This document shows positions 39,461-50,649 of a DNA stretch of 64,000 nucleotides, in pieces. The stretch is from NCBI GenBank assembly GCA_964270895.1, contig OZ185446.1, one strand, 5' to 3'. Every line of letters starts with the position of its first letter. Position 1 is the stretch's first letter. This stretch comes from Podarcis filfolensis (lineage: Eukaryota). A model generated the notes under the pieces. It was not told the DNA's origin. It searched no databases and saw only the letters and a list, made by a program, of their open reading frames with translations. The position numbers were made by a program, and so were the translations under genes.

Positions 39461-41168
39461 TCAGCATCACTGGCATTGGCCAATGAAGGCAGTGATAATG
39501 CCCACCCCAGCCTTTAGTTGGGGGGTCAATATACCCCCTACCTTGGATGAGAAAGGCTTACAACAGAGGAAGGGAGGGAGGGATTCCCCACATGTCCTCT
39601 GTTGACCCAAGGACTTCCTCTTTGTCTCTTTTCAGCATCCCACCCTCTCACACTCTGAGCAGTGTGGGGCTTTGCCAGTCACCATGTGTGGCTAAGTAGG
39701 ATTTTTTGGGGGGAGGGGATAGGATATGCTCTGATTGGTCTTTGGGGAAGGGCATCCTTTTTTCATCTATTCAACACTGTTCCTAATTTTATTGGCCTTC
39801 ATTGGGTTTGGAGTAATCGGGCTATTGACTGTTGATATGCAGTGGGACCTGACACACAGCTGTGTTCCTTGGCCCTGCTTGGTTTTGTCTTCTGTCTTCC
39901 TTACCTTGGCCTTCTGTCTCCAGGAGGGGACTAAACTTTGAGCTCCTGGTCTTTCCTTCAAATTTTCTGCTCTCTTTTTTCTCTCACACACAAGGGGCAC
40001 AGAGGCCTTTTGGATGTTAGGAGCCCCTTCCTTTCATCCTCCTCCTGAGGTCCCCAGTTTGCCTGCCTACACGCTTTCTTTGTTAGGTCTGCTCCTTTGG
40101 CCAGAGAACACAGGAAGTGGGCCAGCTATGCCACTTCACCCGGAAGGTTCAATGCTCACTTGGGACACAATGATTTTTACTACTGTCTAGTAATCTACTG
40201 TCTAGAGATTAAGGCTGCAGTCTTAAAAACACTTGCTAGGGTGGGGTTACAAAATGATTGTGGCCCATGGGCCCATTTGCAAACTAGAGAAATTGTTGTG
40301 GGCACCACACCCACCCACCCACCCACCCACCACCACTACCACTACCACCTATTCTATCGGTGACAATAGAATGTTTCTGTCAAGTCTAATTTCTGGAGGG
40401 AGCAGAGAGGAGACCTGGCAGGCACTAGGAAAGGCCTCTGTGAGTATAGGACCACCCTTGGTTGCTACATTGGTGACTCCTTTAGTTCCACTGAAAACGG
40501 TGAGACTTAATCTTTAGTTCACAAGCATAGGATTGCACTGCCCATCTGTGGTTGGAGACGGGGCTGTTGGCATCGCACTGCATCTGTATTACCAAAAAGC
40601 AGCTGATTCTCCTTTGAATAAGTTACCTGGCTGTTTCAAATTAAGCTTCATATAGGAAATTCCTGTGTGGTTAATATAGCCACTAGCTTCAATACGAGAC
40701 ACACCATACACAAAACAAACAACAGAATGCCCCACCATGTGCGGCATTTTAAGGAAAAACCCATATAATTCTATTTTGGACCCTTTCTGGTATATATGGC
40801 TAACAATTTATTTATTAGGTTATGCAGCTTGAAATCGGCAGCTGTGGAATTCCGTGGGTGTTAACTTCTCCACCGGAGGGAGCCCATATTCCGTGAAAAC
40901 ATGCTGAGAAATGCATTGAGAACTGAGCAGGAAATCTATCCTTAAAATATGGTGTGTCGTTTGATTAGAAAATGTGCCTTCTGTGATCACGACAGGTTTT
41001 TATATTTTTGTTCTTAAATTTAGAATATAAACATAACTATCCAGTAATACATTATCAAAAGCAATTCAGTATAACAGTATTCAAACAATATTTACTGGTA
41101 CTTTGTTTCACAGGAATGTACTTACCTGTAACAGTTTATATCACAACTACATTGTTCAGAAGCAATAG

Positions 41169-41283
41169 ACAGGTGTACAGTGTACAGTGAATAATATAAT
41201 ATAAAATATATAATAATATAATATAATATAATATAATATAATATAATATAATATAATGCAGTGTACAGTGAATAATATAATGA
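41169..41283. repeat. AT-rich (ATATA)-type low-complexity run flanked by a duplicated cagtgtacagtgaataatataat
   Basis: Directly visible. Confidence 0.85.
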
Positions 41284-41369
41284 ACGCTTTACCTAAAAAC
41301 TGTAAGAATATCAATTAGATATTCAATAGAATAAATTCTATTTAAAATACGACAGGGTCCAAGGCAGAA

Positions 41370-41372
<3 letters not shown>

Positions 41373-41407
<35 letters not shown>
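41373..41407. repeat. (TG)n microsatellite
   Basis: Directly visible. Confidence 0.98.
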
Positions 41408-41409
<2 letters not shown>

Positions 41410-42860
41410 CTCCTGGCTATTTCAATGGTCTATGTAAAGAGTGGGCTATATGAAGGTCTTCCCCACTAGTGGGAAATCATTTGGCAGAGTTCCTCTCCTC
41501 CCCCCCCAAAAAAACTTATTAAAACTTCTATTGCTTGTAGCATTTGAACTAGCCAGTATGCTGAGCAGATACAGTTCCCCTAACATTATCATGATAATGG
41601 GTGAGATCTTTGTAATATCCTAGATTCCCTATCAAATTTGCTCTTTCATAGATAGTGATGATATTGCTCTTTTTTCTAATTTACCTGAAATTGCTGTTCT
41701 GGTCCTCCATTATAGCAGCACCTAGCCTCTATAGATTTGATACAAATTAACGATCCATAAAGTGATGTTCATACATCTGCGAACATTTCTGATATGATTC
41801 TGTTTGGCATCATCGCATAACAATCCATTGACAAGAAAGAAGGTATTAAATCTGCTTCCCCCACCCCCCTCCTTCCCTGTTATATATTTTTTATTCTTTC
41901 TTCCTTTGTGGATTATTTGATTTGTCATTTACCTCCCCCCCCACCTCCCTTGCAAGCTGTGTACTCAAACCAATTTGTGATAACATGACCAGAAAGCTAA
42001 ATTCAGCACAGAGTTCGTGCTGACATTGTTATTCTGCACAAGAGGCCCTGATGGGGACAGATAATGCCATAATTCAGATAACATGATGAAATGAGATCTT
42101 GTATCACAAAGCCTTTGGTGGGCGAAGAAATGCAAACATCTCCTCTTTTAGTATAAATTAGAAGAAGATGTGGGGTCATATTGAAGCGTCAAGTGTGTTT
42201 TTCTAGCATTTAATCTAAACGCCAACTTTGGGAGCCGGCTCGCACGTGTTCATTTGTCACAGAGCTTTTATGCGCATTTCTGAAGTCTGAGATTGACTTT
42301 GAAAGTAGTTTTGATTTCAAATACTTGGATGGAGCAGGGGGTGGGGGGCAGTCAGAAGCAAAACATGCACCGCACTATATTTATCCTGGTGAGTATTTGC
42401 ATAGTAAATTTCATAAGCACAGGAGTGTTGTCTGTTTCTGGTTCTAGTTGGATGGCCCTTAAGAATTATTTTTGGAACTCACAGGGTCACATATAACATC
42501 CCTTTGCTCATGGGGATCAGGCTGTGGATAAAATACAGCCTAAATTTTTTGGGGCATACGTAACTTGGATGTTCATGTGGCATGAGATTCTGATCAGAGA
42601 GAGAGCGAGAGAGGGAGGGAGAATAAGAGAGAGAATCCACATAAGTAAATTTGATTTCAGAACTGAAGTTTTATTAAATTCCTTGGTATTAATTTTTTTT
42701 TTTAAGAATTAAATATATTCCTTCCAGAAGCAGGCCTAAGTGGAGAGATAGCCAGAGAGGTTTTAAGTTCTAGTTCCCCTCTTGCTATCCTTGGAAGGAG
42801 AAAGCCATATCAGACTTTATCTCAGCCAAGCATTAATAGAGGAATGTAGGGATTAGATAT

Positions 42861-43210
42861 GGGACGCGGGTGGCGCTATGGTCTAAACCACTGAGCCTCT
42901 TGGGCTCGCCGATCAGAAGGTCGGCGGTTCGAATCCCCACGATAGGGTGAGCTTCCGTTGTTCAGTCCCAGCTCCTGCCCACCTAGCAGTTTGAAAGTAT
43001 GTCAAAGTGGAAGTAGATAAATAGGTACCGCTTCAGCGGGAAGGTTAACAGCGTTTCCGTGCGCTGCTCCGGTTCCCCAGAAGTGGCTTAGTCATGCTGG
43101 CCACGTGACCCAGAAGCTGTCTGCGGACAAACGCCGGCTGCCTCGGCCTATAGAGCGAGATGAGCGCCACAACCCAGAGTCGTCCGCAACTGGACCTAAC
43201 GGTCAGGGGT
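42861..43210 (+). mobile_element. Sauria SINE lacking the terminal repeat tail
   Basis: gggacgcgggtggcgctatggtctaaaccactgagcc head, ggttcgaatccc B box, ending ggacctaacggtcagggg. Confidence 0.92.
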
Positions 43211-43297
43211 ACTGGATGGCTGGATTTCTCTTTTTAAAAAAAATATTTCTAGCAACTTATTTCCCCTGTTCAAAACAGGGGAAACGAGCCTCTAGAG

Positions 43298-43412
43298 CAG
43301 GAATGGGGAAATTAGGAGCGTTCAGTTTTTGTTGGACTCCCATCAGTTGCAGTTAGAGATGGTGAGAGCTGTAGTCAACAACATCTAGATGGCCACAGTC
43401 TCCCCATCACTA
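43298..43412. mobile_element. Degenerate palindromic hAT MITE
   Basis: Perfect 8-bp TSD ctctagag at 43290-43297 and 43413-43420; related to 6327-6462. Confidence 0.75.
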
Positions 43413-43647
43413 CTCTAGAGGCAAAAGGAGAAGGAGCAAGGAGGTCGGTCAGACAGCATTCCTTCTAAGAATATGCTGCTTGGCTAAGCACAAGTCTGAT
43501 AGGGTGGCCTCCTTCCTAAGATCACAGAGTTGGCAAGGTGGATGCCAACACTTGAAGATTAAGGGGCAGACTATGGAATGAGCCCTTCAGTATTATAGCA
43601 AAGCAAAACTCTATGTTCCCATGCCTCTTGAGCCATTTGCATAGAAT

Positions 43648-43799
43648 GAGCTGAAGAGTAGCTCAGTAGGTTAGAGTGTGGTTCTGACAACACCAGGGTT
43701 GCAAGTTTGATCCCCGTAAGGGACACCTGCTTATTCCTGCATTGCAGGGAGTTCGACTAGATGGTCCTCAGAGTCCCTTCCAACCCTATGATTTGATGA
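43648..43799 (+). mobile_element. Full-length tRNA-derived SINE with CR1-type tail
   Basis: tagctcagtaggttagagtgtgg A box, gtttgatcccc B box, tail gactagatggtcctcagagtcccttccaaccctatgatt. Confidence 0.82.
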
Positions 43800-45129
43800 G
43801 TTTGCAGAATTCTGAACTGTATTATTTCAGAATTGAGCTATAAGTCAGGCATGAAACATGCCTGACAATAAAAGTAGACTTAGATGTCCCTAAAAGACTT
43901 CCAAAAATAAAATAAAATCTAGGCTCAGGACCGGGGGCCAAAACACTGGCTCTGCCTTTCTGTCTTCTGCCCTCCCATACCAGCAAAGTAGCCAGTCCAG
44001 ATTAGGACTGTGGTGCAGAGAAATAACAGGTTTAATCTCCCCCACCTGTATTGCTTTTCAATGGAAAGTCATCCTTAAGGTGCTGTTTGCACCAAATTAA
44101 AAGGTGCTATAATTCCAGCTCAGACTGGGTTTATTGCCTTCCTTAACCCTCTCCCTCAATTTACTCTTTCTGTGGGTTGTTTACACTTTGGGGATTTTCT
44201 GCAGAAATAGTAAAAATGAGAAAATAATAGGGGATGATATTCAGATGGGGGGGTGGTGGTACCATGTAGACACTGTGAAAAACTTGCATGCATGAGACAC
44301 TGAGTCCTCAATAAATTGACATGTGGATGTACCCAGGGTTAATCTAAGCAAATTTTGGCAAAATGGTTCAGGTATGTCTCTGAGTTCCTTAGTTCTCCTT
44401 GCACATTCAGCCAAAATAATGTAATGTATTTATTTATTTAAAAAGTCATTTGCAGTCTTTGCATTTTAAGCTTAGAAGGGGAAAAGCAGTTTGCAGTTCT
44501 TCTTTTCATCTGTAAAGTGCATGTAATCAAAGTCGTGACTCACAAACATGTAATAGGTCTAGTTTAAATTACATAGAATGCAATGAGATCTTTGATTTGG
44601 AGGAATGCATTGAAAGAAGAAAGGCTTAGAAATGTGTGTGTATGTGTGTGTGTGTGTTTTAATGGCAAATGAAACACTGAAAGTTCACAAAACTTGAAAA
44701 GAAATAAGAAATGGAGAAGCAAATTAGGCAGCCATCCACAGGATACATTTAAGTGACTAATGCTGAACTATTTTTAAAGATTCCAGATCCTCTGAGAAGG
44801 CATCCTATTATTTACATACAGGCCTTATTAAGTGGCAAGGAATTGCTATGGTTTAATATCCAGATGATTAACACACACAAAAGCTTAATTTAAGAAACTT
44901 TTTTCCACTTTTAAGATGCCAAATGGACACAAAGTAAAGATGGGATTTGATTCTAACAAAAGAGGGAAATAAGGAAAAGAAAATGAAAGTATTGTTTAAG
45001 TATTCATTTACAAATAAAGGTTATCTAGTATGGATTTGAAAAATGCCTTTAGCATAAAGCATTAAAATGTGTAAGTTTTAAACTTCCTCTAAGTTTCCTT
45101 CTCTGGATAAATTTCATACAGATAGCAAA

Positions 45130-45410
45130 AAACTGTGAATTGCTGGCTTGGGAGCTGATCCTTTCAAGCCCTATTGAAAAGAATGGAGTTGCTCAAGAGC
45201 TCATCATAGGGATAAGACAACAGATATGGATATGGATTAAGAACTGATTAAAAGATTGAAATCAGGAGGTAGGGGGAAATGCTGTCATCACAATGAAAGG
45301 AAGTAAGTGGCAGGGATAATGCTTTGTGAGGAGCTCCAAAATGATTTCCCCAAGCCTGATGAACAGGCAACAAAATTGCAGATAAAAGAGTTAACGAAAG
45401 TAAGGGCTAT
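45130..45410 (+). mobile_element. Degenerate CR1 ORF2 fragment (continues near 46920-46950)
   Basis: atggattaagaactgattaaaaga...gaggagctccaaaatgatttccccaagc...ggcaacaaaattgcagat, and later ctgtgtccagttctggg, are CR1 RT-region motifs. Confidence 0.6.
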
Positions 45411-45414
45411 GTTC

Positions 45415-45630
45415 AGGGTTGCCATATTTTGAAGAGCAAAAAAGAGGACACATTTGCCAGCACCTGGGGCGGGGGGCAGGAGCGCCGTACACTAGATTGA
45501 CATTGGAGGGTGCCAGGGAGGGACACGGCAAAATTTGGTATCAAAGAAACCTTTATGAATGTTTAGGCAAATTCAATTTTACCCCTGAAAAGGAGGATGT
45601 GTCCTGGAAAAAGAGGACATATGGCAACAC
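45415..45630. mobile_element. MITE with agggttgccatat...atatggcaac TIRs
   Basis: Inverted termini and subterminal gaggacaca/tgtgtcct. Confidence 0.7.
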
Positions 45631-45698
45631 TCCTAGCCCAGACCTCATACTGGACACAAATATATTGGAGAATGAATCCTCTTCCACGTAGTCTAAGT

Positions 45699-45950
45699 CA
45701 AGGGTCAGCAACCTTTTTCAGCCGTGTGCCGGTCCACCGTCCCTCAGACCATGTGGTGGGCCGGACTATATTTTGGAAAAATAATAATGAACGAATTCCT
45801 ATGCCCCACAAATAACCCAGAGATGCATTTTAAATAAAAGGACACATTCTACTCATGTAAAAACATGCTGATTCCCAGACCATCCACAGGCTGGATTTAG
45901 AAGGTGATTGGGCTGCATCTGGCCCCCAGGCCTTAGGTTGCCTACTCCTG
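45699..45950. mobile_element. hAT (Charlie-like) non-autonomous element
   Basis: TIRs caagggtcagcaacc / ggttgcctactcctg; 8-bp flanks gtctaagt/gtctaatg. Confidence 0.8.
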
Positions 45951-46371
45951 GTCTAATGATCTGGGGCAGCAAGCTGGGGTCTTTGGAACCAGCACTTATG
46001 GAGCTCTTGAAAGGCCCTCCATGGGGGGACCCACTGAAGAACCCTTGGTGCTGTCAGAGGAGGAGCTACCTCCCAGTCCATGAAAACGTTGGTGCCAAGA
46101 AGTCTGGCTCCAGGTTGAAAAGTGATGATTCAGATTCCACCTTATGGATGCAGAGCCACTGTGCAATTTTTAAGGGGTTTCTCTGAGACCAAGCAGGCCT
46201 TGAAACACCTTCATCACCAGCAGTTGTTGCTAGAGTATTTTCTAGGAAGCCAGAGTACATAAAGTCTCCCTCTCAAGTCTTCCAGTTGTTGGAAACGGCA
46301 CAGGGCCTTGGATCGTTGCTCCTGAACCATTGTCAATCCTTCTAAGTGTGCTTTAACATGTTTCGACTCCC

Positions 46372-46761
46372 TGTGGTATTTATGGAGAGAGTCAGAACTT
46401 ACAGGGTTAAGAAGTTCTGAGTGACGTCTCACATTCTGAGGCGTGGTTTAGAATACTGAGGGGAGTGCTCTACTGTGTCTCTCGGAGAGAGAGTGTGTGT
46501 TGCTCCGTTGCAGAGAGGAGCAAGAATGTGTGCTCTGTCACCAGGAGAGTTATGAACTGTTGTTTTTGCTACGAGAATAAAGCTATTTGTAAGATAAGGA
46601 AGACACCGTGCGTTAAGCCTGATTTGTTACGCACACACGGCAACAGCTTCTGTTTCTACGCTGTGTATGCACTCTGCTGAAGCTGTGAGGAGCCCTTTGG
46701 AGCAGAGCACCGCAGGGGAAGCGTGTGGACTCCGGGGGCAAGCAAAGCTACTAATCAATCA
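46372..46761 (+). mobile_element. Solo LTR nested in the element above
   Basis: tgtggtattt...aatca termini with 4-bp tccc on both sides; AATAAA near 46576; retained CpGs. The right boundary could be a chance match. Confidence 0.5.
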
Positions 46762-47147
46762 TCCCATAGTATTTACCCTGAACTTTTGCCCCAGTCTTAC
46801 CTCTGGATTGTATCCCGGACCTAGACTGATTCCCTGAGCTTGACCTAGGTTTGTTTGGCCTGGGCAGCGCCATCAACATCGCACTCCTAAGTGGTTTTGG
46901 GTAGGAAGCTGGGATCCTAGCCCATTTGGAAAACTGTGTCCAGTTCTGGGTTATTATTATTATTTAAATATATTCATATCCCACCTTTCTTCTAAATTGG
47001 GATTCAAAGTGGCTGACAACATTTAGAAACATCATGTATAAAATACATAATAATAAAAACAAATGTTGTTGTTGTTGTTACCTCACCCATCTGACTGGGT
47101 GGCCCCAGCCGCTCTGGGTGGATTCCAGCATAGGTGAAAACACAATA

Positions 47148-47391
47148 CAGTGGTACCTCGGGTTAAGTACTTAATTCGTTCCAGAGGTCCGTTCTTAACC
47201 TGAAACTGTTCTTAACCTGAAGACCACTTTAGCTAATGGGACCTCCCACTGCTGCTGCTGCGCCGCCGCTGCACGATTTCTGTTCTCATCCTGAAGCAAA
47301 GTTCTTAACCTGAGGTAATATTTCTGAGTTATCAGAGACTGTAACCTGAAGCGTATGTAACCTGAAGCGTATGTAACCCGAGGTACCCCTG
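47148..47391 (-). mobile_element. MITE family A
   Basis: TA TSD and TIRs. Confidence 0.92.
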
Positions 47392-47463
47392 TAAAACATG
47401 ACATATTAAAAAGCTTCTCTATACAGCGCTGCCTTCAGTTGTCTTCTGAAGGTTCTATAGTTA

Positions 47464-47694
47464 CAGTGGTACCTCGCTTCAGGTTACATACGCTTCAGGT
47501 TACAGACTCCGCTAACCCAGAATTAGTACCTCGGGTTAAGAACTTTGCTTCAGGATGAGAACAGAAATCGTGCTTCGGCGGCGTGGCAGCAGCTGGAGGC
47601 CCCATTAGCTAAAGTGGTGCTTCAGGTTAAGAACAGTTTCAGGTTAAGAACGGACCTCCAGAATGAGTTAAGTTCTTAACCCGAGGTACCACTG
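47464..47694 (+). mobile_element. MITE family A
   Basis: TA TSD and TIRs. Confidence 0.92.
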
Positions 47695-50094
47695 TACTCA
47701 TCTCCTTGATAGCTGATGGGAGAGCATTCCACAGGTTGGGTGCCACTACCAAGAAGGTCCTCTGCCTTATATAATAATAATTAACATAAAATACAACATA
47801 TTTAAAACCCGCAATTAAAATACACTTTTCCTCAGCAACAGCCTAGTAATCAGCATCATTTGCACCTTAGTTTCCATACGTTTGCCTGAACAGGAATGTC
47901 CTGGATTTCTGGTGGAAAGATAAGGAAAAGGGAGTCAGACTAACCTCTCTTAAGGGGGAATTCCACAATGTGGAAGCAGCCACAGAAAAAGGTCTCTCTC
48001 ATGTCACCACAATATCAGAAAGGATAGCAGAGAAGGATCAATTCTGAACAAACTGTCCAAATGAACAGGAAGAGGCAGGAGAGGCCAGTAAGAAGATATA
48101 GTGGCTGTATGCAAGAAAGTGATGAGGCAGGTTACGCTGAGATGAAAAGGTTTCTGCAAGGTCACTCAGTGAACTTCATGGCGAAATCAGGATGTGAACC
48201 CAAGGCAGAATCTAGACACATCAAAGAAGCGTTTCAGTTAAATGCGTTGTAAACTCATACAGGGAAATCCAGTTGGGAAAGATGGGACTCCACAGCGCCA
48301 TCTGGTGTCACAGTGTTATATTGCATATACAACACATACAAAACTCTTTCTTTATCAATCTATCTGAGTCCCAAGTCTTTATGATCTTGCTTGATAAAAT
48401 CACACCGGCAAAATCAGCACCTGCTGAATCAACCTGGGTACTCTATGCGCACTAGCTGTAACAGCAAGGTGGTAGGTTAGGGATCAAATCTCCTGGCCTA
48501 GTTTCAGGAAAACCGTTGGTTTTAGGCTTCCTGTTGCATGAGACCATGAGAGGTGATGACTTCTCTGCTAGGGAAGAAACCTTTATCTCTTCCTCTTTTG
48601 AATCTTAAATTATGATATCATTTCCTTAGTGTTCTGCAATGAACTTCAGTTGGAGGGACATACTGTAAGGTAGTACCAGAAAATGGGAAGACTCAAATAT
48701 CCTAGAAAAGACAGCCAATGAGTGCTGTAAAATGCCATCAGGTTGCACCTGTTGATACAAGAGTGGTAGTAAATGAAAAATCGCAAATAAAATCTGCGGG
48801 GAGAAGAGGGAGCAAAAGACTGCGCGCTATCTCATTTTTTTTAAAGCAAAAATGAATCTACATTAAATAGCACCAGGGACTTTAAAAGAAATTTAACATA
48901 TTTTCCATCGGCTAGCCTTTGCAGCGCCAGACCAGTAAACAATAAATAATGAAGCTCTTGCAGTGAAGCCGTCTTGTGCTATCAAATCAGTGACATAAAT
49001 CTACCCATATGGATTAGGAAGGCATCCTTATCTACTTACAGTATAATCTGCTGGTGATACATACTATGTTCTGTTGTCATTTCTTTAATATGATAGGAAA
49101 CAAAGCACCCATTACTCATTCCCAGATAGCCATCACTAAGGTTTCCAAAGTGATCTTTTAATGAAGGTAATTTTTAACAGTGAATTCAGTATGCTTTCAG
49201 GAACCAACAAAAGCTCAATGGTGGACAGAAAGAGAATACAGCTAATATGTGTTGATCATATTTAATGTATTTTTTTGTTATCTCTTATTCCAGTGTTTGA
49301 GGACCTGCCTGGGATAGCTGTTGTTTTTATGGCCCAGTTTGTGATGCTACTTTTGACCTGCAAAGCTCTTACTGGTTTTGGCATAATATATCTAAGACAC
49401 CGCCTTCTCCTGAATGGGATATCTTTATACTCACCCAACACAGCCTTGTTTTCATCTTAATTAGACTGTGACGATATCTGGCGGTTGGGGGCTGGTTAAG
49501 TTTTTTTAAAGCCACAAGTATTTTGTGGTCAGAAAATTCTATTGTAATTAACTGCTATCTTGTCTCTCCATCGTGCTCTTTTCTTTCACGTAGCTAGTGG
49601 TGTGTAGCAACAACAGGTGTTTCTAAACTTTTGTTTGGAAAATAACTCTTGCTTATATTACATAAGCTTGGTAAAGCAGATTTATTACAAATATCAGTAT
49701 ACTGTGAGCATTCTGCAGTATTCTAGAACCAAAAATCTATTCTCCCCCTTCTTGGCAATTTGCTTTAGGACATAATTCTTAATGCAAAATATCTACATTA
49801 ACATAAAGCAGCTGCAAAGATAGCAGAGAGCAGCAATATGATCATAAGGACATGAATAAATTGATCCCCTGTGTCTCCTTTTGAGTGTAGGCTCTGTCAC
49901 CATGATGGCTCTGCATTTAGACAGAAATAATTTATGTAGAACCATTTTGTGTTTTCAAGATTTTGGTTTCTGAAGTGATAGATATTGAATACAACATATA
50001 CCGATTTAAAAAGCTATGGGTTTTGAGTGCCCACAGGAGGCAAATGATCCAATACTGATGAGATAATCAGTATACTGTCTGATGATTTCTCTTT

Positions 50095-50185
50095 CAATGT
50101 ATCTGAAGAAGTGTGCATGCACTCAAAAGCTTATACCCAGAACAAACTTAGTTGGTCTCTAAGGTGCTACTGGACAATTTTTTTA
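50095..50185 (+). mobile_element. Penelope-like element terminal fragment
   Basis: atctgaagaagtgtgcatgcactcaaaagcttatacccagaacaaacttagttggtctctaaggtgctactgg resembles the reptile Penelope terminal motif as I recall it. Confidence 0.6.
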
Positions 50186-50239
50186 AAAAAATTTCTTATG
50201 TGCACTGATGATAGTCATTGTTTGGATGGGGGGCTTTTC

Positions 50240-50649
50240 TCCATTTCCACAGTCACACAATCAACCTGTAGCTGAACTGGGTTCCACACTCACAAAAACA
50301 AGTCACAAAAACGAAGTAACAAGCCACAGTCACAAGTCAGTTCCATAAAACGAAGAACAAGTCACAATCAAAAAAATAAAAAAGCCACACAAACAAAAAT
50401 GCAAAAAATAGCAAAAACAAAAGCTCCAAATATCACCTCTGCGTTGCGTGGGTGCTCAGGACTCAACAGCCGACAGACTCAACCAGAAGCCTCTGATTAG
50501 CAGCAGGGGACTGAATTTACATATGGAACACACTCAACAGGAAGCGGAATATGTTCTGCTTCCAAGGCAAAGTTCACAAACCAAGGTTTGCAGCGTTCTT
50601 ATTCCAAGTTGTTCATAAACTAAGCTGTTCATAAACCAAGGTACCACTG
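50240..50649. mobile_element. Truncated Tigger-like MITE with an A/C-rich interior
   Basis: Ends aaaccaaggtaccactg-TA, a family-A-like TIR; no left TIR seen. Confidence 0.65.

Larger units (their letters stand above)
45641..46914 (+). mobile_element. Degenerate LTR-like element interrupted by a hAT MITE and a second LTR
   Basis: Same acidic/PPSP/basic frame as the other solo LTRs; termini uncertain; tcctagccca occurs at both 45631 and 46915. Confidence 0.45.
47045..47770 (-). mobile_element. L2-type LINE 3' fragment carrying two MITE insertions
   Basis: L2 tail and 3' motifs resume on both sides of each MITE (gcattccacaggttgggtgccactac). Confidence 0.72.

Noticed and set aside
30195-47404. 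Similar ORFs at 30195 and 47195
   Set aside because: Both are translations of MITE family A.
50240-50430. A/C-rich tract as a mitochondrial insertion or retrogene tail
   Set aside because: No mitochondrial gene motif is recognisable, and it continues into a Tigger-like TIR.
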